From contig OX597825.1 in assembly GCA_951406725.2 (NCBI GenBank), forward strand, positions 86,614,001 to 86,678,000: a stretch of DNA of 64,000 bases, given 5' to 3'. Made by a program: the position numbers and the translations under genes. Source of the stretch: Octopus vulgaris (taxonomy: Eukaryota). Of this stretch, positions 12,117 through 25,400 are shown piece after piece; position 1 is the first letter of the stretch; each line of letters starts with the position of its first letter. Below the pieces are notes generated by a model. The model was not told the origin of the DNA, did no database searches, and saw nothing but the letters and a program-made list of their open reading frames with translations.

Positions 12117-15100
12117 TTCCTGTTTGCATTTGTATACTTCCTTTCAATGTGTTTTTTACTTGTGTTATTTTAAGTTTGTGTAGCTGTGTATGGTTGAGAA
12201 CATTTTGTGTTTTGCAAGTGACAAGAATTATTAGAAAGAATGGCTGGAATTGCAGACTTCCCTCGCAACATTCTTCTCTAAAGCCTGTAACTTCTTGAAA
12301 GCCTATAATTTGTGTTCATCACTCTAATTACAGGTGTGCTCCGGAGTGTATCAATTATTTGAAGTTTACATCTGCGAGTGATGTTTGGTCATATGGAGTT
12401 ACTCTTTGGGAAATGTTCACATATGGATTCCAGCCTTGGGCTGGAATGACTGGACAACAGGTAGGTTGCTACAAACTTGCAAGTTTCTTCTTTTTTTTGT
12501 TTTTTTTGATTTCTTGAAAGAAAATCTAATAATTATCTTAGAGAAATTTTATTTTATTGAAATATTGTATCTTTTTGATGTATTTAAAGAGTTTATACGC
12601 TCTCTGTCATATATATTGTCTGTTTGATACAATTGAAATGAAACGATCATCTTTGTCACCTTCTAACAATGTGTGGGTCACATGATGGAGTGTACAGTAA
12701 ACAACCTTACAATTAATGAACAAATCATTAAATCTGTGTTGGCATGTGTTAATTATAACCCATCAGTTACTAGAATTGCTCAAATGTTATCATTCACATT
12801 CTTCAGTGTATGGAGAGCTATTAATTTAGTTAAGATTTCCATAATAACCAGCCACGGTCTGTTAAAGACAGGAATGGAAATAAACAATATGAAAGTCCTC
12901 TAAGAAAGAAGAATTTTTTTTTAAATAGGAAATTGGGATAAAATATTAAACCATATGAGATGATTAGGTTAATTTCTCAGCCTATCATTTAACATTTATT
13001 TTTATAGAATTTTAACCTTTTAGCATTTAAACCCACCTTTTAAGATTTAAACCAGAGGCAATGACCAACACCTTTGGCATTATGTCGTACTCGAGAAGAA
13101 GACCCATCAAGCTGAGCAAAATTGCAGTCACGGCAGATACTGGTGCCACGCAAATGGCACCCAAGATGGTAGTGTATAAAAAGCATTCATCACACTCTTG
13201 AAGTGGTTGGCATTAGGAAGGGCATCCAGCCATAGAAAACCATGTCAAATCAGACTGGAGTCTGGTGCAGCCTTCTAACTTACCAGCCCTGGTCAAACCA
13301 TCCAACCCAATACAGCATGGAGAATGGACGTTATATGATGTGATGATATCTGGCCAAAATATTCTACCTGTTGTATGTTTAGACTGGCCAGGCCTGACCT
13401 CTCGCATCAACTCTACACTATCATTCTAAAAATTAAGATGCCTCATCCAGATCTCAAAGCTACAAGATAATGCATAATTAATTTCAAAACAATGTGAATG
13501 AATAAGCATCACTTCTGAGAGAGAATTGTTTAATGCTGAAGAGTTAAACAACAGTCCTGTTTGAGTGGGGGATGGAGGGATGGAGCTCTTAAAACCTATC
13601 CACTGCTTTTTAGTGTAGAGAACATCAGTAAGATCCTTCCCTTAAAGGTTCCATAAATCAAACTTTCTCGGCAAGGTTAGAAAATATTTGAGGCCCTTAT
13701 CAACTGCTGGTCTTGTATAAAGGTGAAGTCTGACCCACATTTGTGTACCTGCTAACCCTGCTCTAACACAACCATAAGCTTTATTCAATAGAAAACCAGT
13801 TGATTGTAAATCTTATTAACATGCTACAACTTCCAGATGTCTTCTTATCTTCCCTTTTCTGGTGCTACTGCCTGTCAAACTAGTTAGCTTCATGTGGGCC
13901 CCCTACTTCAAACTGCCATGACACCCATTTGTCTTTCTGTCCATACTCATAGTATCAACTCAGTTCCTTACATTGCCTAGGGCCACTTCCTTCTTGGCTC
14001 TCTTCTCATGTTTATAGCTGCTCAGACTGTCCCCTCTATGAACCTTCCCAGTTGGGGAGGGTCAGTCATATCCGAGACACTCTCCTCAGTTCTTATGTCT
14101 AAAAACATAAAGACATCTGTCCTTTCATTTTCTTTTTTTTTTTGGTAATGTCCGTCAGCTCTAGTCAAGTCTGTCTTAGTAGGGGTTGGAGGGTTGAGAA
14201 ATTCAGGTGGTCTGCTATCAGAAAGGTTAATGTTGCTGTATCATGAAGACTGGAAATAAGGTTCACTTTGGTGTCCTTTCCAGATATAATCTCTCTAAAG
14301 TTTTACATTAGCTTAGAGCATAGTTTGTCTGGGGTAAGGTTATGGACAATTAGCAGAATAATGCAGGATAATGTTAGGAAAATTTTCAAGGAATTTTGGA
14401 ATAAATTGAATTGTTTTTTTTTTTGTTTTTCTCCTAAAGATCCTTGAAGCTGTTGATCAGCCAAATTGTCAGCGCTTAGATCGACCTGATCTTTGCCCCA
14501 GAGAGTACTTTGACCTAATGAAGTCATGTTGGGAAGATGACCCAAAGGATAGGCCTACATTCAGTGAAATATTTTTGAAACAGCCAAAGGTAAGTTTATT
14601 TACCTTTCCAAGAATTTTCAAAATGATTTGACCTTTATTCTTAAGTTTTCTTCCATAGAATTGTTCCAGTCTTTCTTAGTGAGCCGTTCTTCATGATAAT
14701 GTTCTTGTGTTTTTTGTAGATGCGCCCATCTCTGGCAAAAGCAGTTGCTGATTCTCCAGAAACCTCTGCTGGTGATGAATATTTAGTTTTTAAGGCTTAC
14801 GACACCATTGTTATTTTAGATAAGAAGTAAGTGCCTGCAATTTCTAATTCCTTTGCAACGTTAGTTTCTGACCCTATTTTCTTTGAATTTCCCCAAACTG
14901 GGATTCATCACTGTCCATGCGTCCATCAATGTTCATTATTCACTGCTTTCACTTCTGTCCTCATCTCTACTCACATTCTCACGGACCTCCCTACCCACAC
15001 AACCATTCTTGATTCTCTGCTGCTATTCTCTCTGCATCCATCTTGTTCCTCGAGGGCACACTCTCACACCTTTTCTCCCCAACAACACGTCTCTTCCTGC

Positions 15101-16443
15101 CTCTCTACACCAGGTACAAACACACCTTCCTCAATGCTGCATCCTCACATCTTTCTAAAGATCTTGTCTTGCCAATGTTTGGTGACCTCACTACTGCTGA
15201 TGCCATGAAAAAAAAAAAGCACCTCTTACACTCTCAAGTGGTTGGCATTAGGAAGGACTTCTAGCTGTAGAAACCATGCCAGACATTGGAGATCACCACA
15301 GAGGTCTGACCAGCTGAAGAGCTGCCCACACTCCATTAGTATTTAAGTTTTGTATTATTTCACTTGTTTATGTGTTGTTTAGTCCCAGTTCAATGGAGCA
15401 ATCCTCCTATGGCCAAAAACCTTCCTGCCATGACCATCCCATGCTTTTTGTTTAACATTGGACATCTTAGGCTGTGTAATTTGTGGGAGATTTGGCTCTT
15501 ATTTTTAGCAGGCCAAGCAACTACATAGAAGCACCTCTTTTGCCCAACATTTTAGGTATTTCAGAAATCTGAAGTAGCAGTATTCCTTTCTCTCTCTTTA
15601 CATCTGTTGTTTGTAACTTTGTCTGCTTTGAGTTTCACTGTCCTGAAAAGGGATTTGTGAGAAAGCTTAGTTTTATTCTAGCAATGCATTGTGTGTGTGT
15701 ACCCTGAGTTGTTGGGGTTTCGGGACACAGTAACAGTATGCTTACACATTGACCCTTGCCACCGATGCTTTTGCCAACTCAGCTACAGCTATCCCATCCA
15801 ATGTGAAAGGAACCACGGGGTCAGAGCAACAGTTTGTGTGCTTGCTCAATGGAATGGTGGTGTCAGATTGCCTCTCAACGATAATGGCTGAATGCCTCTA
15901 AGCTGGGATCACAGTCGGACCCAACTTGTTTCCCAAAAGCATTTCAACCTCAAGGTGCATGCCAGCCCATCACGTTTGCATGATGAATGTCATCATCGCT
16001 GGCGGAATTGCCTTTCTGGGGGTGTTGCTTCTGCACTGTCCCACCTGACTTGTTCAAAGAGATTGAGTTGAACAAAATTACCTGTATATGGTGTGACTTA
16101 CTGCTTGGAGGGACGGGCTTAGCAGAGCAGCTGTGTGTGTGGAGACGGAGAGAAATACATACATGCACACAGAGTACTCCACAGAGCATATACATTACAG
16201 ACACACATATGGTAGATTTGTTTAAAATTTGTCAAGAAAATTAACTCTAATCTTTCCAGCTGTATTACATATTTGCATAAATCTGTTTAACATCTTTCTG
16301 GATTAGTTCATTATCATATTTCAAAAGTAAACGATTCTGTGCTGGTGACCCTTTCTGAATTATCCTGAGACGCATTTTAGGGATTTCTGCTCTAGATAAA
16401 TAAGGAAACAACCTTCGGTGGTGCCCCAGTGATAGAATGGTTT

Positions 16444-16507
<64 letters not shown>

Positions 16508-18954
16508 CTTTTAAAACAATTTTGTTGGTGTTAACCCCTAGAGAACATGTGTGACTAACAACTAAACGATTGCAATTTTGACCTAGATTCAATTTTTTTT
16601 TTATCCAACAAGACCACACATGCTCTCTGAGTGTTTAGATATCATTCAATATCATGGAAATATCATCTGTTGGTGTAGATTGTCATCACACTGGGAAAAT
16701 TACAAAATATTCCATAGCTTGTATAAATTAAAAAACCACACACACACACACTTCTTTAAAATTCAAGAAATTAACTGGGCGGCCTCTGCAACTGTGTTGG
16801 ATATTTGTATAGACCTGGTGGACTTCTTCCTTGATTACCTCGTTATGAAGTTTTCATATTTTTATAAATTTCTTGTAAACTGTTGATAATTCATTTATGT
16901 TTAACTAAATTTGTTTTCTTTGTCTCTTTGCAGTCCAGAAAATGCCCCTTCAAAGTTCTGGAAAGGAGCATTGGATACAGGCAAATGTGGGCTCTTTGAT
17001 GCTACAAAGACAGTTGCGTTCATTGAACCCAAGACCAGCCCCATTGAGTTACCAAGAACTTCTCTATCAAGAAAGGGTAACCAACTTCAGTTCTAAAAAT
17101 CTACTCTCAATTTCTACCTTCTGCCCTTCCTGTTTTTCTTAAACTTAGCACTTGCATATTGTAATAGTAAGGTATTGATAGTGTATTACAACTGTAAAAT
17201 AGACTAAACTATGTATTACAACAGTATGGCCATATGTTGTTTCAAACATAATCACTGCAGAAATAAATCTCACTTTTCTAGGAGGATATCTACCAATCAC
17301 ACAACGGTGAGGAATGTTGGTGTTTAGCAATAATAAATTAGTTTGATATTGAAAAATAGAAAATTGATCTAAAGGAACGATCTTTTATGGTATGGCATCA
17401 AAGATAATGTAATTAATTAGATATCAAATGAACGATGGATTTTAATCCTGTTTATAAGCTGTAGTACACTTAATATTACTGACCTGGAAAGTGTGTGACT
17501 AATGACCTTTAATGTACAGTATTCAGTTATGAATAAGTGGCTTAGATAAGATTAATTAGCCTGGCCTGATGATGAATTGAACTTGAAAAGAGATGGTTGG
17601 TTGTTTAATTAAAACTATTGCTTAAGCAAGACTCTAAATTTTCATCTGTTGAAGGGTTATTTAATGAAATTGCATTGGAGTCTGGATGTCGGAGAAAGTA
17701 ATATATGTTGTTGAATCATACAAACTAAAACATCCTGCTTAAAGAGAAGTTAACCTCCTGCTGCTGCTGCTGCTTTGATGAGCTGTAGAAACTAATTTAT
17801 TTATTTTTTATTTCATCTAGTTTCAGCTCACGAGCTGTGGCCATGCTGGGGCGCCCTTGAAATTTCTAAAATTTATTCCTTTACACATTTAATTAGATTA
17901 AATTATGAATTCTAACCTTCATATTTATCTGTGTTAATATTATAATTCATTATTTAGGCGGCAAGCTAGCAGAATCATTCGTACCTCAGGCAAAATACCC
18001 TACAGCAGCATTTTACCCATCTTTACATTCGGATTTCAAATGCCACCAGGGTTGACTTTGCCTTTCATCCTTTCACGGTTGATGAAATATGTATCACTTG
18101 AGCACTGGGGTAGATCTAATCAACCTTAGCCTCTCCCCCAAAATTGCTGGCCTTATGCCAAAATTCGAAGCCTTTATGGTAATTCATTATTTAAAATAGA
18201 AACCTGGTGGCACGTAAAAAGCACCATCCGAACGTGATCGATGCCAGGCCCACCTGACTGGCTCCCCCGTGCTGGTGGCATGTAAAAAGCACCCACTACA
18301 CTCTGAGTGGTTGACGTTAGGAAGGGCATCCAGCTGTAGAAACATTGCCAGGTCAGATTGGAGCCCGGTGCAGCCTACGGGCTCTCCAGACCTCAGTTAA
18401 ACCGTCCAACCCATGCCAGCATGGAAAACGGACGTTAAACGATGATGATGAATTAAAAACCATGTTATAATTCATTATACATCTAAAATACACCCACACT
18501 CACACAGTGCTGTTACTTGTTTATTTTTTTTTGTTTTAGCATGACTTTGTAGCATGTGCAATAGTTTTAGGTGTCCATGCGGTCACAAGCTGACATGGAC
18601 AATCTCTTGGCCATACAATACTTTGAGTGTAACATCCAGGATGTAACACGCAGAGGAGGAAAGAGAGCAGAAAAGAGCTGGTATTTAAGTTATTGAGGTT
18701 AAGTGGATGGAAGTTAGTTAGCCTAGGTGGGATTTGAACTGAGCAGAGAACTGCAATAAATGTCACGAAGCATCTTATTTGATACTTTAAGGATTCCATC
18801 TGTTTGCTGTCTCACTGAGACACATGCAGGTACACACACATACGCACACACCAATACATGTGCACATGTGTGTGTGTGTGTCTGTATATATATATATATA
18901 TATATATATCATCATCATCATCATCATTTAGCGTCCGTTCTCCATGCTAGCATG

Positions 18955-18988
<34 letters not shown>

Positions 18989-19445
18989 AGTATGTTTATC
19001 ATCAAGGTGGCGAGCTGGCAGAATCGTTAGCACACCGGGCGAAATGTGTAACCGTATTTCGTATGCTGTTACGTTCTGAGTTCAAATTCTGCCGAGGTCA
19101 ACTTTGCCTTTCATCCTTTCGGGGTCGATAAATTAAGTACCAGTTACGCACTGGGGTCGATGTAATCGACTTGATCCGTTTGTCTGTCCTTGTTTGTCCC
19201 CTTTATGTTTAGCCCCTTGTGGTCAATAAAGAAATATATATACAAGTATGTGTATCATCATTGTCATCATCGTTTGACGTCCATCTTCCATATATACACG
19301 TCTGCATGTATATATAAATGTGTGTCTCAGTGAGACAGGAAACAGATTGAATCCTTAAAGTATCAAATAAGATGCCTTGTGACTTTTATTGCAGTTCTCT
19401 GCTGATTTCAAATCCCACCTCGGCTAACTAACTTCCGTCCACTTA

Positions 19446-19497
<52 letters not shown>

Positions 19498-22400
19498 ACA
19501 TGATAGTTGATACTTAATTTCAGTGTCTGTTAGAAGTTGGTTGTTAGCCAGAGCTTATGGCAATGTTTTGTTGTTTTTAGTTTCTGTTCAAAGTCTTTCA
19601 CAACCAGCAACAACCACCCAACTCCATAGAAAATGTGTGGAAGCAAGTCAAAAGTTCTTTGAAATCACCAAAATCAGATAATGTAAATGTATTTAGCTGT
19701 GACACCTTTATAGATTCAAGATTATCCTAATTACTGAAACCTATCTTAATAGTGAGGTTGGTAAAAACCCGAGCTAGATCTATCATCATGGTTCAGATGT
19801 TATGGTCCCTGAGGGGTCTTTGGGGATGTTTAGTCCCCCCCCTTACTCAACATACTCATGGGAGTCTTTTTCGCAGCAGAAGTTATGGTGGTTGGCCACA
19901 AAAATGAGTGCAAAGCAAAAAAAAAAAAAGCAAAACAACTATTGAAAATATAAAGAAGGAAGAGTGAGTATGGAGGAGGAAGGAGCAGTCCTTTGAAGTT
20001 CCCTTCCCCAACAGAAGAGTAGAGTGTGTGGGTGGGTGGGAGTGACCTTATAGGAAAAGATGATTTCATTCTAGAAGGAAAAGGTTGAATAGGTTTGAGA
20101 AAGGCAGACAGTGTGAATGTGTAAGAAGGAGAGGAATTGTTTTATAGAAGGGAAAGGGGGGAGACAGGAGAAAGGAGAAAGGGAGAACTTGAGTATTTTC
20201 ACATAGAAAGACATTGATATTTATTGAATTATAATATTGCTAATAACAATAATAAGAAAAATAATAATAACTGCAAATGTTATTCAGAGACCGTTTTGTG
20301 GGATGGGCAACTCCACTTGAAGAAAATTGTGGGCTCTACCTGCAAGGTCATGTTTTATCTTGATGTGAGGTCACCATATCACATGTGCTTGTGAGGCATG
20401 TGCCTGATGTACTTTTATCAAACAGGTAGTCATGATAGGGGTATATTGGGTTTCATATATTTGTGTCCCAGTGTCACTTTGATGGCGTGTGCTACTCTCT
20501 CACTCAATAATAATAATATAATACATAAATTCTGTGTTTTAACTCATTCACCATTAATGTAACGAGTACAACCCAAAACAAATTGTTCTGTAACCATTAG
20601 AATCAGTTGATATTGATTAATTAACAGTTAGGATGATTGTAGCATGAAACAGAATAGATTGTGAAGAGGTCATTTAATCAGACCCAGTGTTGTATAAAGC
20701 TGTGGCTTCTGTTTAGCCTTACATTAACTGACTGAGGACGGAAGACATAAATCTGTTCCTCACCGTCCATAGATCCAGGCAGGTATTTTGATGTAAGGGA
20801 GGTGAAGCTGCATTTTCTTGCCTGTTGAGAGACTGCTCTTTCATTGGTCTCATATGAAATAAAACAGGACTAAATGACGATGTAGATGAGGCACTTTATA
20901 GTGCTGGCTTGTCCTCTTGCTGATGTGGTCAGGCAGGAATAGCTGCTTGAAAGTGTGATGACTTGAGAATTGCAACAGTGGATTTTCTGTCTGGATGTTT
21001 AAGGATGTATACAAACTCTACACCAGAACAATTTCTAAATTGGTTAGTTTCTGATTTTTGGGATGGAAATATAAATACTGAACATGAAGTTGTTTACGCT
21101 ACATAATAGTTTTAACATTTTCTAACATAGAAATGTATAAAATTAAATGCGATTAGAATTGTTGATTGTGCTCAGAATACAAAGAGCTTGGAGTATTGAA
21201 ATGTGAAAATAGCTTTAACTTTGTATCATCCTGCTATTTCTTTTTATTTTTATACTAAAATACTGCAACTTTTCTAATTAAAAAAAAATCAAACCAATGA
21301 AATGAAAAATAGTAAAAAGGAAATATTTTTATTTTTGCCTATTTTTCAAATTCTTTTTCCTAGAATCCAGTCGGAGATCAGGCAGGAAACTTCGTGCTGA
21401 CATGATCAGTGGACCAAAGGACGATCTTCGACACACAGGTCATATTGGTTATGATGGAGCAGTTTTTGGTGACATACCTTTCATTGGGGATGGTAAGCTT
21501 CCAGTAAAAGTATCAAGCCCAGGTTAGTATACTTGGTTCTATGAAGTCAGCTGGTGTTGTTTAGTAACTTTGGTCTCTGGCTTCGGTGCTTAAACACTGA
21601 AGTCGACAGTTCAAGCACTACACACAGTATTTTGGCTACAGTATGTAGCACTATATCTTTGTTTAATCTCAGGTCAGCTCTGATCAAGCAGACCTATAAT
21701 GAAAAGCCTTCCTGCCAAGAATATTCAGTCTTTATTTACATATATCTAGGACTAGGTTATCAAATGCATCTTTTTTTTTTTTTGTATATATATATAGATG
21801 ATAGGTTGCAATTTGATGGAGACGTAGCTGCTATTTTATGAGCTAGTTGGATGGCCACATAACAGAGTTAGAACTGATCTCTGTTTAATGGAGTTGAATA
21901 ATAGGTTTTCTGTTACAGATTTGACTCTGACACCACAAGGCACTAAGACTAGCTTTCTTATATTGATTTCTTTCTTCACCAAAAGGTCACATATTATTGT
22001 GTAATAATATATTTTTGGCTTGATGAATTGAAATTGTTTCACCTGGGATCTACAAATCAACTTCTTACTCTTTGCAGTTGATAACTAACAGTCTAACATT
22101 ATATTTCTATCTCTAAAGTCAAGCTGTTGTCTGAATATTAGGAATTGCTTAAAAAAACGATTACTTAATTGCTAATCAACATTTTGAAGTGGTGTCGTTG
22201 TTTAACATGTTAAATATATTTCGACTTATTTATTTACTGTTTATGCTGTCTGTATAGTGTTTATCAGTTGTTATTGATGTGTTGTTTGATGTTGGCAGGT
22301 AAATTAACTGAAGAAAGTCGTGGTGCATCGATATCGTTACCGAGATTTGCAGGAGAAAGTCCGGCTCATGATCGCATCATTAGGAACAGTCAGTCTGATA

Positions 22401-25400
22401 TATCCCTGAATCAAGATGGCTCTCGACCAGGAACCAATGGCTACGGCAACACATGGTTAGTAACGCAGTCTTTGTCTTTGTTTAGGGTGCAACCAACTTT
22501 GTTGCCAACGTCACTAATGAGGAAGAGAATTAAATGGGATGGGAAGCAGTTTGGCTTTATACAAGGACAGAGTACCTCTGGTACTCTCATGCTAACGAGA
22601 CAACTATAGGAAAAGTACTTAAAGCTAGGGATAAAGCTCTTGACCCACCTTTTGTTGATCTGAAGAAGGGATCTGTCAGGGTTCCCCATTCTGATGATTG
22701 CTAAAATAACTAGGAAGATATGAAGGGCTTCCAAGAGTTGGGGAAGCTGTGCACAGAGGTGCTGTCAGTTAAGGTGACAATCTCGCTCTCTCACCTGTCC
22801 AGATTTAAACTGCATACGTAAAGGGACGTAATGCAGTCCAGCACTATATCACCTTATCTGGTAAAAAGAAGTTAAAAATAAATGGAGTTTATGGTGAAGA
22901 AAAGAAGAGGCCTGGTGTTTCAGTATTATTTGTTCAGTTGTGAATCCCCTGAACTGGTTTTGTCCAGTTCCGTATTTCACTTGGTCTTATTTAATGCCTT
23001 ACTTGTATGGTGAGTGAGTTCTGATTTATCTCCCTTCCTAAACTAGGCCATTAAGGAGAAAACGTATTGAAGGCTTCTTACAAGGAAGATTTAAGAATTT
23101 ATTTTTTGACAATTATGTAACTTCTAGCTTTTAAACTAGTGAATGGCTTTTAAGATCTCCAAACAGATCTCTGATTTGTTTTGGAGAATCTGTTGCAATT
23201 GCTTCTTCCAGAGTCATATCCCAATGAGGATTGTTGCAAAAAATCATGTAAAACAAGTAATGGAAACATAGGAATCCAAAATTTCAGGATTGCAGGTCTG
23301 GATTCAGCTTGGAAAATTTTTTAATTTACTCACTGAGTTAGCCTTTAAGACTATAAAAATTGTTTTCGTACCCAAAAAATTTGTTGCAAAAAGTCACATA
23401 AAAAAATCGCCGGAAACAATCAGAGTAAGGAAAACTTTGGAATCCAAAATTTCAGGATTGCTGGTCCAGATTTGGTCCAGAATGTTTTTCATTGACTCAC
23501 GGAGCCAGCCGGATTTCCAAATGGTATGATGTGTTGGACAACAGTCTCTAGGAGTAAAGTTGAAAAAGGGTGACACACTGACATTCACATTTATTATATA
23601 TGTTTAATTTTGGGGAAACTTTATTTCAATGAAAGTGTATTTTATATATGTGTGTGTGTGTGTGTGTATTAAGGAAAGCAAAAATAAAACAAAAATGATA
23701 GTGTTCAGTATGTTTGTAACAGGGATTTCTGTCAAAGAGACATGGTTAAACAAAGTTGTACATCATCTCCCTCTTTCTCTCTCTTTTATTATTACTCCCA
23801 CTGCTACCATCAACACCCTACTTTTAATAAAACATCAACTCTCCCTAAATTTCTTTGTCTCTCTTTCTCTCCCTCTCTTTCTTTCTCTCCCTCTCTTTCT
23901 TTCTCTCTCTCTTTCTTTCTTTGCCACTGCCCTCACCCCCTGTATACCTACTATTACTCTCACCCCATCATGAGGAATAGTAGGAGTGTCATTGAATAGT
24001 GTGAGAGGTGGTCTAAATGTGACACACTGACACACAGAAATTAGTTTTTGCATTTATTTTGGTCCATAAAATGGACATGTGAATGTTAAGAGCTGCCTCA
24101 GAAAGCTCATTTAACCGTTGCTTGTGTGGAAAAGTGGATGTAAAATGATGAAGATGAATTATTATTGCATAAGCTTTGTAAATTGGTTGGAAATCTGAAG
24201 CTCCATTTCCATTGTTTAACATCAAATTTGGTGGGGGAGGGGGTAGGCAGAGAAGACTTGTTTTATCAACATCATTCTTTCTATTGATAAACACTTATCA
24301 CTTTAAATACACCAACAACTGCCACAGTTCAGTTCTGCCTCGGCATTGAACAGTCCAGCCCAGCTCCGTTTGTGTCGTCCAAAGACCTGAAGCTGGACAA
24401 TCCTCGTTCACTCAATGTTCTGCTGGGATCCTTATTGTCAGCACATGCCATCATAATGGTGAGAGTTCGAGTCTGTGGTTTATAGTTTAAAGATACCTGA
24501 CACTTACACTTACATTTATTGATCAGTCAATGGGTGTCTTTACTGAAGCCTTTTCATTGATTATAAGATCAGAACAGATTGCTAATTGATGTAGCAGAGT
24601 GTCACACTGGGTTGCCGCATCTATATAGAATTTACGTTATTGGTTTTGAGATCAATACTGATTGTTTAAATTGATCTAATAATATTTTGTATACAAATTA
24701 TTTATAGCTGGAAGTGATCGTTTCAAGCTGGATTGTCTAGGTATTTGCTATTCTAACATGAAGAAATACCAAATGTTGTCTATTTTTATAGGAAGGAATT
24801 GTGGTGTGATTCCAGATAGTTAGGAGTTTCCCTCAGTGTTGACTGTTTTCATCATCATAATCATCATCGTTTAACGTCCGTTTTCCATGCTGGCAAAGGT
24901 TGGACGGTTTGACTGGGGTCTGGGAAGCCAGGAGACTGCACCAGGCTCCAATCTGATCTGGCAGTGTTTCTACCGCTGGATGTCCTTCCTAATGCCAGGG
25001 TGCCCTTTGAAATTGTGCCTGTGTTCACCAGACTTAAATTATGGACTATTTCCCACCGACCCTGTGAACTTGATGATAACTTTATCTATTTTTTTCTTTT
25101 TGCTTCAGGTCTAGTCGGGATTCTCTTGAGAGTAGTTCCACCATTCGAACTGAAGGTTCTGGTGGAGGTTATCAGGATATTGATGAAGAAATGGATTTTG
25201 ATTTTGGTGACTTTAAGGTTCCTGATCTAACTGTAAGTTTTGAATATTTACCAATAAACTTATTTTTGCTCTAATTTTTATATTTGATACATTTATAGTG
25301 TTCATTGTAACCCTAGGTTACATCACACACAAACTCTCTGCTGCTGCTGCTCTTACTTTACCTTAACCACTCGGCTATTTCTTTCTTAATTTAATGGAGA

